Positions 23,685 through 36,006 of a DNA stretch of 64,000 bases are shown here, piece by piece. The position numbers were made by a program, and so were the translations under genes. The stretch lies in NCBI GenBank assembly GCA_010909165.1, contig MU008169.1:930001-994000 (forward strand), read 5' to 3'. This stretch comes from Anthoceros angustus. Lineage: Eukaryota > Plantae > Anthocerotophyta. Numbering within the stretch: the first letter of the stretch is position 1; every line of letters starts with the position of its first letter. The notes below the pieces were generated by a model that searched no databases, had not been told where the DNA came from, and saw nothing but the letters and a program-made list of their open reading frames with translations.

Positions 23685-26088
23685 GTGATCAAACTTATGA
23701 CCTGTGAATTCTCCCCCATTGTCCGTCCGGAAACACTTAACTAATTTTCCTGTTTGACGTTGAACCATTGGAATCCAGGAAGCAATGGTCTCAAAGACAT
23801 CACTTTTAAGCTTCAAAGGAAATGTCCAAGTGTAACGAGAAAAATCATCTGTGAGAGAGAGATAGTATTCGGCTCCCCCAAGAGACTTAATAGGAAGTTT
23901 TCCAGCGATATCAGCATGAATGAGCTCTAATAGTGTAGTGGCCCTTGTAGCTGACTTATTCTGAAAGGGTAGCTCTTTTTGCTTAGACAAGACACATGAG
24001 CTACAGACGTCAAGATGTTTGAAACATGTAGGAAGTTGTTCCCTGTAACAGCGGGATGACGACATTAGGTCTAGCTTAGTTTTGTTAACATGACCTAAAC
24101 GTGCGTGCCAGAGGTTAGCCTGCAACTTGTAAGCAGCAACTAGTGCCCTAACCTTAGACTTGTGGACAGTCACCAACTAATACAAGTTGTTAGTAAGAAC
24201 AGCTTTAGCAACAAAGAGCTCTAATGGACAGAAGATTCTTGCTCATCTCAGGTACAAACAGAACGTCAACTAGATGCAAGGCTGCACCACCAAATAGAGG
24301 TATGTCCACTGAACCTGTCCCTTTTACCTCCACGCCTCGAGCATCACCCACATACACAAGTTGAGGTGACTGCTGTTAATTGCGTACGCTGGAGAACAGA
24401 TCACGGTTGTTGCAGATGTGGGCAGTTGCACCTGAATCCACAAACCAGGAGGATGTCTGTTCTTTATAAGATGTGAGGCACCGTGAGGACAAGATTCCCA
24501 CTCTGTGTTGAGAACTGCATCGCTCGCTCCTTAGAAGTTACATTAGCTTTGGATTTGGAACTTTTGGGCTCCCCCTGTTTCTTCTTCCCATAGTCCCTTC
24601 CAAAGGACCGAATTCCATACACCAGCTGTTCTCAAGCTTTGGTGGCTCCTCCAGTCAAGGTATGTTTATTCTGGCCACCACTGCTGTTATGTTTCTCCTT
24701 TTTCTTATCCTTCCCCTTCCAAGGTCCTTTGCCCTTAGCAGCAAATAGGACCTTGTCACCACGTAGGCGACCTCCAGAACTTGTCTTACGACTCTGCTCT
24801 TCTTGTAGGAGAGCACCAACAACTTCATTGAAGTTAATGGTGGCTGATCTACCAGCAGCTACAGCAGCATATGAGTCCCTAAGAGATGCATTCTGGCTAG
24901 ACACAAACGTCTGATATGAGGCAGGGAGGCTGGCAATGAGCTGAGCAGTCATGTCCCACCTCCAAGATTTTACTGTTGAGCCCAGCCAACTGCGCTCTAA
25001 GATAGCGTAGCTTGGACACATGTGCTCCCACAGATTCTCCATCCTTCAAATGCAAAGCATGGAAAGCATTCCGAGCAGCTACCAAAGTAAGTATGTTCTG
25101 TACTTGGTACATGTCGACTAGCTGTTTCCATCCAGCTGCTGCTGTTGTAAGAAACTCCACCTTAGTCACCGTGGTTTCATCCAGTCCTGACAGCAGGATC
25201 GCAAAGGCGATCTTGTTGCCCTTCTTCCACTTGTCTATGACATCCTGTGCGGGTTGTTGTCCACCAGCAAGAACAATGGAAGGATCCGGCAGAGAACCAT
25301 CGGCATACTCCCACACATCGCGAGCGTTGAGGTGTGCCTTCATGCGAGCTCTCCAACTTTCAAACCGGACTCAGGTCCCACAACTGTTCTTTCTTTGAAC
25401 TCACCTGAGTAGGTTGAGCCCAGAGATGTTGTAACAGGAGCAGATGTAGTCATTTTGACTGTGGAGATAACGGGCAAGCAAGGGTGCGAATAAACAGCCA
25501 AAAGAATGACTCAGAATCTGAATCACTATCTGAATCAAATATGGACATAAATTGCAAGTGAGTTATGTGTTCTGTGTTTACATGTGAATTATGCTAACAA
25601 GGGGAATGCAGGGGCTTCGGCTAGGGGAAGAAGCACGTGAGAGAGGGGATAAGGTGATCCTAACTCACTCATGCTTTCCCTCCTGGCTTAGAGTCCCGGC
25701 TAGCTCGCTACAGGTAAAGATAAATGCAGGAGCCTATGTGAACGGGTGTCTGCCGAGAAAGCAAGAGGTACGTCTAATAGTGAAACGCTACTTCAAAACC
25801 CTAAATACCAGAAAAATCACATGAACCAGAAACTAACAGGTGCCTTCGACCTAGGTTGCTGGCGTGGGAGGCACGAGGAGATGCGAAATCAAGCAACAAA
25901 TTAGTCCAACCAAGCAAGCAAGGCGTGCGTGGCAACCACCCCAATGCACCTTGATCGGGCGCCGATTGGTGGCGGGCTGCAGACTTGCACGCCCCGCCTT
26001 GATTGATTCCCCGCCGTTTGATTGCATCCTTTGCCTCACCGTGAGCTGCACCACAGGATTCTCTCGTAGGCACAAGAGTCTCCAAATC

Positions 26089-26628
26089 TCACGCTAATGG
26101 TGAACTTGAGATTGGGGCTGGGCGGTGTTGGACTGTTAGGTTAGACAGATCATTCGCCACCGTAAGCACTTCCCTCCGAACAGATTCAATGTCGGAAGAG
26201 ATTTCCACCAAGAAAGGTGAAGTGTTAGCGACAAATCGCAACAACACTGATTCTAGCACTTCCAGGCGTAACAGAAGTCTGTCAATTGAACATGAATCGG
26301 TGGAGAGATAAGGGGTTTCCTCTCTAATTCTCTCCACACCTCTTGCAGGAGGTGGACTCTCCATGTCTTCACCGTTTCTTTCTTGCAAACGTGCTAGGAT
26401 CCGCTCCCTATGAGCTTGTACTCTGCCCTCATAAGAATTAGGATTGGCCAAAACTTGCTCAGTATTAAATCTGAGCCTGCTTGCCCTCAGCCCGTCTCTG
26501 TCCGCAATCCAACCTTCAGTGATCAGATCGTTATGACATTGTAAGATGTATCGATCTCTAGATGACCTAGAAAGAACTGGTGACGGTGCTGGATTTCTAT
26601 CCCATCGTCTACCATTCCTTCTAGTCAT
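26089..26628 (-). CDS. Intact 179-aa ORF of unknown function between copia PBS and gag
   Basis: ATG-initiated, starts ~135 nt after the PBS, same strand as gag, with a leucine/heptad-like C-terminal half. Confidence 0.5.
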   Translation of the reverse strand: MTRRNGRRWDRNPAPSPVLSRSSRDRYILQCHNDLITEGWIADRDGLRASRLRFNTEQVLANPNSYEGRVQAHRERILARLQERNGEDMESPPPARGVERIREETPYLSTDSCSIDRLLLRLEVLESVLLRFVANTSPFLVEISSDIESVRREVLTVANDLSNLTVQHRPAPISSSPLA

Positions 26629-26762
26629 TTTCTAAGGAAAATAGCTAGAATTCATCTAGCTACAATGGTGGTTTCTAGATCAAGTATTTACAACAACAAC
26701 TCAACCTAGATACCATTAGACTAAAACAACATTAGTGTAGCGGAAGACTCAAGCATCATAGT

Positions 26763-26774
26763 GCTCTGATACCA
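26763..26774 (-). promoter_or_regulatory. Primer-binding site complementary to initiator tRNA-Met
   Basis: TGGTATCAGAGC on the minus strand directly after ...AAACA. Confidence 0.92.
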
Positions 26775-26958
26775 TGTTTACTTTATATCATGCATTCAGC
26801 TAAGACACTTAGGCTAGAAAGCATAACACACAAAAGAGAGTATGAATTAATGAACAAAGAATATCTTAAATACAAAATTGATATGTCTCTTGAGTTATGT
26901 ATCTAACCTCTAGTATAGAAACTAAGGTATAAACTATGTTAGGGTTTCATTCCTAACA
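26775..26958 (-). repeat. Short 5' LTR (~184 bp)
   Basis: Minus strand TGTTAG...TAAACA, AT-rich, adjoining the PBS. Partner LTR not seen in the window. Confidence 0.7.
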
Positions 26959-26999
26959 TCAGCCACCCCAACCCATTTAATTACCTCCAAGGCGACTGT

Positions 27000-29040
27000 T
27001 GTTATCGTGCCGCTGATTACCCTACAGATGTAGCCACCGCCTACAGCTCCTACAGATGTAGTGCCACCTTCTTCTGGCCCGACCGCCTCCACACTCTCCT
27101 TTGCAAGAAGGTCTATGGTGAACGGATCTCGCTCTATGTCTTCCCCTTCCTCTTCCCCTTCCTCCTCCGAGTTATCTTTCTAATTCCGCTCGGACGGAGT
27201 CCCATGACTCTTGTAGGGACTGCTTGTCCCTTCTCAATTCTCCTACCTCGAGGTCCTTGCCATTTAACAAGTCATCCTTAGCCTCCACAAGGTCCTCAAC
27301 CTCCTTTGCATCCTTCTTGGATTGCCACGGCATACACCAATTGTCGAACATGTTCCCGCATCCCTCGACTCTCCAAGGCCCATCCTTTCTTCTCCTCAGC
27401 GCTTGTCACCATAATGTTGTCTAACTCCCGCTCAGCTCATGTTGAATCTTGAGGAAGCTGATTAGCTCCCTCAAGATTCAACAGAAGCCACCTTTCCCGC
27501 TCAGTACTTAAGCCTACCTATACTTGACAAACTAGCTCTACCATCCTAGTTTGAGCTGCCCATAGTTTTTCTATACCCACATTTCCTACCGGAGCAGCCC
27601 CTGCACCTCTAAAGGTACCTAGTTCTACTCCTTCCTGCTGATCTACGAGGGTAGCCCTACTTAAGAGGGTAGCTACAACATGGACAAGTGTCCTCGCATC
27701 CAAGGTCCTTGCTATCTCACACATGCGGCACACCACTTCCAAAGTGTCCAAGTCGCCATGGATGTTCGAGACATCCATGGGTTGTTCCAATTCTTAAACC
27801 ATGTCACCCCCTAACTCCACTCTCCGGCTCATGTGGCCGCTTCCTTTGCTGGGCCCCTCCATAAGCCTTTCCATCTTTGCCATTCCACTAAGAGCGGCCC
27901 CCACACCCATAGGCCCGAGCACTTGCACCCCCTCCACTATGTTGGGACGTGCCACAACTGTCGTAGGGAACTCGACCCTATGCTCACTCCTTACAATAGG
28001 GACCCTTTCCCGACCGTCATCTTGTGCTGCCCCTACCGTAGGGACAGCAGTGGGCCTCCCTATAGCAACCCCACTTATTATGCCAGCCCTTTCTAGTTGC
28101 CCAAGTTCCGCTGACCTGCTAGTTCCTCCTTCTTTTCTATCCATACTAGCTCTTCTTGCAACTTCCTCCGCAATGGAAGCTACCTTAACTCTCTCCATGA
28201 GAGCTTCTTCTGAAGCTTCGGTTCTGGCTTTTGGTGAGCTGGTTGTAGCCATAATATGGCTGGTGTTGTTATTTTCAATCCTCAGTGGACTCATTTGCGT
28301 CAGGCCTATTTGGACAAATTTTGTTTGGAGCATCTCATTAGGCTGTCGCTTGTTTCTCCTTTTATGGTTGGTTTTCGAAGAATTATTTATAGCTTGGAGC
28401 TCCTAGTAGAAGAAGTGGGCTTACTTGCTGCGGGCGTTTTGTTTTCCACTTATTATGGTGATTGTTGGGATTGGTGAGAGTGTTTTCCTGAGCTCGATCC
28501 CTTTCTCCATTTTGCTAAGGTGTTTCAGCGTATTTCCAACATTGTGGAGATGGCTCCTTTAATGAGGGATGTGGACCTTGTTTGGATTGATGGTCTATAG
28601 TCTCTTCTCCTTCATTTGGTGCCAGTTTTCATATGTTGGGTTTCTTGTTTAATCGGTTTGCTGGCTCGGCGCATTATGGCTTGGTCTTGGATTACCCCAT
28701 TGGTGACTACTCAGCGGCTTATGTTTTGCGATCATCTTATGTTACTTCATGATGCCTTGGCATTTGGGTGGTGGAAGGATGTTCTGGAGGATGATCTGAT
28801 GGCTTTTGTTTCCTTTACTGTCAAGCATTTTCGGTTGGCTTTGGGTGAGAATTTCAAACAGGCTATACTTAAGCCGCTGGAATTGTCGAAGTTCCTCAAC
28901 TCCCATGTTCTGTAGTTGCCCTTTTGCCTCCTGAGTTTTGAGGAACTTGGGTTGCCTTGTGGCTCCCGCCTTTGAGGCCTTTGTTGTTCCCGGCTTTGTT
29001 CGGTTTTTATTCTCTAATATATCTCGCTCTATTTTCACTA
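27000..29040 (-). pseudogene. Decayed coding-like region, probably TE-derived, unclassified
   Basis: Succession of broken charged/low-complexity ORFs on the minus strand (28742-29038, 27794-28333, 27518-27790); no recognisable domain. Confidence 0.3.
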
Positions 29041-29794
29041 AAAAAAATGTAATGGAGGGGTGGAGTTGGGAATTATGTGACGGAACTATCGCGGCGCCCC
29101 AAGCCTAGCCTGAGCCTGAGCCAGCGCTGCCTTTGGCCTATTGGACCCCTCCATCGCCACCACTTCTTTTAGGGTTTCCCCTTTTGGGATCTAGAACTTT
29201 TCGCGTGCCCTGCATTGGTCTCCCGCTCCTTGTGGTTTCCTCCTCCCCCGCTTCACTGCGCATCGCCTTCTGCTGCACGCCACTGTGCCCGCCTTCTTGC
29301 CGGATCGCCGTCTGCTCTTGTGCATTGCTTAAGGCCCTCTTGTTCTCCCCTCCGCTTTGTTGCTTTCTCTGGAGCTCAGTCACTTGCTGGAGCGTCTGGG
29401 GTTTGCAAGGGTTTCATCGCGGCCGGTGCGTGCGTCTCGGGCCGTGCTCTGGGAGTTCATCGGCGAGGTCCCGCTCCTGCGACTGCCGATCTAGCGGGGC
29501 GAGTCCCAGATCCGGCTGCTGCCTCCCTGAGCTGCTTCGAAAGGCGTTTTTCTCTAAGGTTTGTGGCCGTGCTTGGAGTTGTTGCATGTGTGCGGGTTAA
29601 GAGGGGTTGGAGTTGGTATTGCGTGGAATGGTTTTGGTTTAGTATGGTGTGTCGGTGTGATTGTGGACGTTTGGGACGTGTTGCAGGCGGGGAGAATACG
29701 AGCTGCTCGTAGTTTTTCAGGTCAGAAGTTTTGGAGGGCAGGGGCTACGGTTCGGAGCGCGAAGGAGGTCGTTGCGGTGGCGGCACATTCTTTT

Positions 29795-29983
29795 ATGTCT
29801 CAGGCCATCTGCTTTTACCTGGGGTCGGTCGGGTTGCTTGGGGAGTATTGTCCCACAAGAAGGAACCGACGTAAGCGTCAGCCACGGGACAATTGGGAGC
29901 GGCTGCATGCAGCCAAGTCAGGCCAGTCTTTGTTCCCTAGCCACTCCGGAGCCTCTCTGCCCATGTCAGATAGTCTGTCATGA
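29795..29983 (+). promoter_or_regulatory. 62-codon upstream ORF in the eIF5 leader (candidate conserved-peptide uORF)
   Basis: ATG in poor context (TTT ATG T) encoding MSQAICFYLGSVGLLGEYCPTRRNRRKR...AKSGQSLF...GASLPMSDSLS; ends 136 nt before the eIF5 ATG. Confidence 0.6.
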
Positions 29984-30119
29984 TCTGGCCCGAGTAGGCT
30001 GCAACGTCTGTTCTCATCTATCGGGTGAAGATCGCCTTGTGGCCGACTCTCCGGAGCCTGGTAAGCGGGGTAAGGCCTGAGCTACTTGGTGAGGGAGATC
30101 TATCTGTCCGCTTGTCATC

Positions 30120-31532
30120 ATGGCGTTGCTCAACATTGGGGCAAGTAACCGTGACGATGCCTTCTATCGTTACAAGATGCCCCGTCTGCAGACCAAGATC
30201 GAGGGCCGTGGAAATGGGATCAAGACCAATGTTGTCAACATGGTTGATGTCGCCAAGGCACTGGCCAGGAATCCGGCCTATACCACCAAGTACTTTGGTT
30301 GTGAGCTTGGTGCCCAGTCCAAGTTTGACGAGAAGACTGGAACATCTATTGTGAACGGCGCACACGACACGGCCAAGCTTGCAGGTCTGCTGGAGAACTT
30401 CATCAAGAAGTATGTGCAGTGCTATGGTTGTGGGAACCCGGAGACTGACATTAATATTACCAAGACTCAGCTCATCAACTTGAAGTGTCAGGCATGTGGT
30501 TTTGTTTCCGAGGTTGACATGCGTGACAAGTTGACCACCTACATCTTGAAGAATCCTCCAGAGCAGAAGAAAACTGGCAAGAAGGAGAAGGGTCTGAGGA
30601 AAGCAGAGAAGGAGAGGCTGGATCAGGGAGAGTTGGCTGACGAGGAAGCGAAGAAGTTGAAGAATTTAAGGAAGAAGAAGGGGACAGATGACGACAAGAA
30701 GCCCATCAAGAAGAAAGCTAACGCTAACGGCAATGGATCCGATGAGGAGCTGTCGCCTGTTGCCAGCCTCGTGGATGAGGGTGAGGATCTATCGGTGGAT
30801 GATGATGGAGTTGAGTGGCAGACAGACACTTCTGCTGAAGCGGCGAAGCAGCGTATCCAGGAGCAGCTGAGCACAGCCACAAGTGAGATGGTCATGCTCT
30901 CCATACCGGAGAAATCTCAAACTTCACCTAGAGTCAAGACTCCAAGAACCCCCAAAGACAAAGAGGTGAAGCCGAAGCTTCTGAAGAAGTTGTCCTCTAA
31001 GAAAGTGGAACCCCCTCCGGAAGTTATTGATCAGACCAAAGTTTTGGAGTCTCCCAAGGTTGAAGAGCTGAGCCCTCACGAGAAGCTTGTGAAGGACTTC
31101 AAAGAGTGTCTTCAGAGAGGATACACTGCTGCACAGGTGGCTGCCCACTTTCAGGCTAAGGAAGAGTCTCAGAACGAGGTACTCTCTGCTTTCTTTGAAG
31201 CGCTCTTTGGAGGAGTGTCCAAAGGTTTGTCTAAGGAGATCGCAAAGAAGAAAGCGTTCTTGGCCAAGGTTGTTCAGGATGATGCACAGCAAAAGATTTT
31301 TCTGGACGTCCTGGAGAGTCACTGCACCAGCCATGGAACCGACCTGGGGAATGAGGTTGCCGTGTTGTTGAAGGTTCTTTACGACGAAGATATCTTGGAT
31401 GAGGACCACATTCTAGAGTGGTTTGACAGTGGTGCTTCCAAGCCCAGAGGTGCACAGGTTCGGAAATCCGCGCACCCTTTCGTCACCTGGCTTCGCAGTG
31501 CGGAGGCAGAGACGGAGGAGGAAGATGACTGA
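30120..31532 (+). CDS. eIF5: Eukaryotic translation initiation factor 5 (single coding exon)
   Basis: DAFYRYKMP...[10 protein letters not shown]2C2 zinc finger (CYGC...CQAC), C-terminal W2 domain ending [12 protein letters not shown]. Confidence 0.97.
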   Translation: MALLNIGASNRDDAFYRYKMPRLQTKIEGRGNGIKTNVVNMVDVAKALARNPAYTTKYFGCELGAQSKFDEKTGTSIVNGAHDTAKLAGLLENFIKKYVQCYGCGNPETDINITKTQLINLKCQACGFVSEVDMRDKLTTYILKNPPEQKKTGKKEKGLRKAEKERLDQGELADEEAKKLKNLRKKKGTDDDKKPIKKKANANGNGSDEELSPVASLVDEGEDLSVDDDGVEWQTDTSAEAAKQRIQEQLSTATSEMVMLSIPEKSQTSPRVKTPRTPKDKEVKPKLLKKLSSKKVEPPPEVIDQTKVLESPKVEELSPHEKLVKDFKECLQRGYTAAQVAAHFQAKEESQNEVLSAFFEALFGGVSKGLSKEIAKKKAFLAKVVQDDAQQKIFLDVLESHCTSHGTDLGNEVAVLLKVLYDEDILDEDHILEWFDSGASKPRGAQVRKSAHPFVTWLRSAEAETEEEDD

Positions 31533-32001
31533 AAACTATTTTCCTGAGTGTACGTCTCAGATTTTGCTGCGGTGACGCAGGCTGGGTGTGCTAGCACCTC
31601 TTGTGAGATTAGTCTTACATCGACTATGGTTTTTAGTCTGCGAGCTGTTTATGCGCAGCGAAGTTGCAGTCTTTGTTGAAAATCTGGAAGCATGTGCAAT
31701 GCCTTCACTACGTATCAATGTCTGATTTTTGCTTGCATCTGCGTTCTCTTTCTCGTGAAGCGTCCCCATTTCCCTGCTTACCATCTTCAGGTCGTTTAAT
31801 CTATAACAACCTCGGAATGACAGTCCTCGAGTACCCGAGTAACATTCGTAGGACCAAACAAATTTTTGTTGGGAGAAAAAGGAGATGTTGGAAAGTTTCA
31901 GTAGTCAGAACGTGTACAAGTTAACCCAGACTTGTGACAGTCAAATCCTCGCGAGGACAGGCCGATGAATCGTTCTCTATGCCCCGTAGAGGACCATGAA
32001 T

Positions 32002-35000
32002 CTACACTTCTACACCCTTGAGCAGCCCGACCAAGTGGTTTACCAAGCTATCTTGCTCTTCCACGGGTGCCCGCAGAGGGTGACGCTCCCATATCCCAGG
32101 CGGAGTCCCAACGGTAGCAGCCCTACCATAAGAGGTCCCATTGACAGCCTGAGAATGCACGCCATTCAAACCGTTTTGTCGATGCCGCTGCTGGTCACCG
32201 TAAGCCAGACTAGTCTGGTCATACAAACCAGCTGGCCGTGTGTACCCATTCCGAAGACGAGGTGAGAGACACTCAGACATTGTGCTCCAGCCTTCAGTTT
32301 CTGCAAAGGAATAATCGCTGTTCAGAATGCCCACAGACAGGGCCTGAGCAGATGCACCCCCGAAACCTGGAGCTGGGCTCATGTTCCGGAACGATTGTGT
32401 CAACCCTAACCTCGAGTTCCAGTTCCCTCCTGTGAACCCATTCCTCCCGTTCAGCCCATACGATGAAGAATCGGACCCCAAGGCAGCCCCATTACTGAAG
32501 GCTTCAGATAAAGCTGCTGCACTTGCAGTTATCCTGCGAGCTGTGTCGGAGTTGTAGAAGGATGAAGAAGGCCCTGCTGCTCCTAGTCCTTGTGTTCCCC
32601 ATATCTCAGACTCATGTCTCGGATTCCAGATGGAAGACTCCGTCAAATCCTGGGACTCCGGGATGCGGGCCATGGACTCTTTGATGGCTTGCTCATCGTA
32701 TTCCCCGTCATTCAGAACAGCTGCTGTAACACTTGTCACTGTGGAGGCCGTGGGTTCGCTCAGGAAGCTACTGTAACCATTCTCCATTGCTTGCCCGTGC
32801 TCAGACTGGGGATGGGAGAACCCAGACCCGGACACTGCCCTTGAAGGCCCTAAGCTGGTATTCACCTGAGGTGCAAATGCATTTGACACCAGCTCCATGG
32901 AAGACTTGCTGAAAGGTGGGACTCCCGGGGTTGAAGCTGGCAGCCGAGAGTAACTGCTGGTTGCCACAGATGATTCCATGGTGTTGACATACTGCTCCAC
33001 CGATCCTGGTACCTGTGTCCTGGGCAAAGCAAATGGTGGTCGACCTCCTTCCCTTGAAAAAGAAGTCCTCGTGGATGTTAAACTAGACATCACTTCTCTT
33101 GGAGATGTACGCTGATCATTAGCACCAACTCGGGCATTGTACATTGAAAGATCTGAGATGCAGTCCCCCCCTGCAAACTCATTGGGATTTTGAAAATCCA
33201 GATCCCTAGGATGGCTTGGCCGGACACTGCTAGCTGTCGTGGTTATATGGCGGCTGCCATCCCAAACGGAGCCGGTGTTTCCAGGGTTAGCACTTCTCGG
33301 CATCCCATTACTTGAAGAAGCAGCTGCTGATACCTGTGCTGCAGGCATGGAGCTACGAGGGGGCCCGGAAGCCACTCCATTTTTTTGACTCCTGCCCCTT
33401 TTCAATTGCTCCATAGCAGCATCTACATCTCCACATTCATTCACGATAGCTACTTCTATCTGGTCCTGCGCAAATGGGACAGCAGCAAGCTCAGCGGGCC
33501 TGTGACGTGCTGAAGAACCCAGGATTCACGTAGTACAGAATCCTGTTGTTACGAAGTTCATGACAACAACCGTCCTGATGGTCTAACCTGAGTCAAGTCT
33601 TTTGACTTCAACAATTCGTCCAGTTGTTTTAGCTCTACACTGACATCCTGCAAAAGGAAAAAAGCGAGTAAGAAGGCTAATCAGGTGCAGACAGTACTTC
33701 AGAGGAATCTGTAGTTAAAAAAACAGACCCCTGACTCACCAATGGTTGACCTTGAGGCAGCAGATCTGGCTTGTTTGCATGTATGCTTGTCGCATTTCTG
33801 AGAAGCCATTCAAGACAATTATGGGCACTTATCCCAGCAGCTTGGACCGCAATATTGCATCGTACATCATCAAATCCTAGGCTGCAGAGAAATAAGTACC
33901 AGTGAGTATAACTGCAGCCTCAGGGCCTTGAGGAAAGCTTTATCTTAGAACGGGCAGTGACAAGACAGAAAGGACTTACCTTTGTAACTGTTTGACAATT
34001 GCCGCTGCCTTCCTATTCCTGAGGGCATTGATACAGTTTTGACTCCACTTTCCCAGTGTCCCTTGCCCATCTGCATAAGCAAGTTTTGCAGCCATGCTCT
34101 TGCCAACTGCATCAGAACTTGCTGTACTGTTCCGGACCTCATCTGAAATCTGGGTAGCAGTAGCTGACAAAGTTGCTCTACTTTTTCTCAGTTCATCAAG
34201 CCTTTCCCGAAGCTTCGCTAACACTTGCCGTATATGCTTCTTCTCATTTTTACCTTGCGCCCTGCCAGATTGCAGGGGTCAGACAAGAGACACCAATGCC
34301 AGACATGCTCGTCACTTTTTCTGCCGCATCTGCTTTTTACCTCTTTCGTCGCTCTTCTTGTTTATCAATTTCAGCTAGTAAACTTGCTTCTTCCGCTGAC
34401 ACAGGGGCAACTTGTTTGGCATTAGGGGGCTCAGATTGGCTGGCCGCTTGTGCTGAAGTTGGCCGAATCTCAGGAGGCACACCTGGAATTTGATCCTTCT
34501 GGGAAACACAAATAGATACAGTAAGTCCCTAATATAGACCTGAGATATTTTAATTTCCAAACACAGCCAAGACATTGACAGCTTACTCCTTGAGGTAGAG
34601 CAATATCCCCATTCCGCGGACGCCCTGATGCCCATGCATTTACAACAGGTGGTGCAGGTATGTATCGAGGACCTGCAAGCACTTCTTTGAAGTCTCTAGA
34701 TGGTGCCGACGTACTCATCTGTGAAGCATTTGAAGAGTCCTCACTGTCCGAAGTTTCAGCAGACCCACTATCCGAACACTTCTCCAGGTAGCTAGCACCA
34801 ATTTTGCTTCCATTGAAAGGTCCATCCCCATCCTTCACGTCTGCAGAAGCAGCACCTGCTTCACCATGGCCATTGCTGCTACTCAATGCCATTGCTGAGC
34901 TTTTGTCACCACCAGGGAAGGTTGAGGCCCGGTTCAAGACTTGGGCTTTGACCGGAGTAGGGCATACTCTACAATCCTCTGTCTCCACCTCCGGAGACTT

Positions 35001-36006
35001 CTCCTTATCCGATTTCACAGATTTCGACTTTGTCAGCCCTGCTTGCTTCTTCGTGGAAGCTGGTGAGGGTAGCTGAGGAGCGGGATCAGGCTGCTTTGCT
35101 TTCCTGCGCTTTTTGCTGCATACCACAGCAGCACAAAGTGTCAACACTCTGACATCGGAGAAGGACTGATTGGTTTACCAAAGTTGGAAGATGATAGGGA
35201 ACCTAAAATTAGTTCGAAGCCTAGTTACACACCTACTATCATTGCGGGCGTGGATGGGATGTGATTTAGTGACCTGCAGAACAAGTCACAAACCATGAGT
35301 TGCAGACAGCATTTACTTCACAGGCAGATCAACCAGGACGGTACGAAAGGAGCGCAGCCCGCAGCTCCCCAACGTGCACGCCGGTCCAGGGTATGGATTC
35401 CACTATCACAACAAGCATCTACTAACCAAGACCCAACAATCCCTCAAGGGCCAGCTAAAAAGGGAGGGCGAGAACGTAGGAGCAAGCAGCGTTCATTTAG
35501 CGATACAGAGACGGATTCAGAAGCCTCACCCTGCCTGGACAGGGTTTATCCCACTTGGAACCCTTTCCGCATCCTCTTGGGCACTGGAACCCAGTCTTCC
35601 GCTGCCTGCGAGCAAGCAAAGACAAGGATGAGCAGCTGCTCCGAAAACCTAACACCACCCCGCCAAAACTGCGCGCGGCAGCTGCAAACGGGGAGGAGGA
35701 GGGACACCAGATCCCCACAGACCATAAACCATAAATCACAGTCCAGCGGCCAATGCAGAGCACCAAATCAGGAATCCATTGCGGCCCAGATCCCGAATGC
35801 AGCAGAACACCATACTTGTCCAACCGTATGCTTTTGAGGTAGGCCTCAATGCAGCTCTGGTGATAAATTTCGGGGCTGGGACAGCCCTCGAAGGTGCAGT
35901 TGATGGCATTGAGCTCGTCGGTTGTGCTGTCGCAGGCCTCCCCACAATACTCGCACATGCCCGCCAGCTCGTGCAGAGACTGGCACGGTGCTGCAGCTGG
36001 CGCCAT
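32002..36006 (-). CDS. Multi-exon protein: N-terminal Cys/His zinc-binding module, coiled coil, UBA and second UBA/CUE-like helical domain, low-complexity tail
   Basis: GT-AG spliced model, about 9 exons. Joined peptides KNEKKHIRQ...RKAAAIVKQLQSLGFDDVRCNIAVQAAGISAHNCLEWLL and LDVSVELKQLDELLKSKDLTQDQIEVAIVNECGDVDAAMEQLK recall the plant UBA family of Arabidopsis At2g26920/At5g12120 (from memory). Confidence 0.75.

Larger units (their letters stand above)
23685..26958 (-). mobile_element. Decayed Ty1/copia LTR retrotransposon (5' LTR, PBS, gag, protease, partial integrase; RT/RNase H absent)
   Basis: gag from ATG 25453 (WRARMKAHLNARDVWEYADG), protease WFVDSGATAHIC (~24445), GAG-pre-integrase LWHARLGH, integrase LELIHADIAG...DDFSRYTW...FRTDNGGEF. 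PR-INT order is copia-type. Frameshifts and stops present. Confidence 0.9.
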
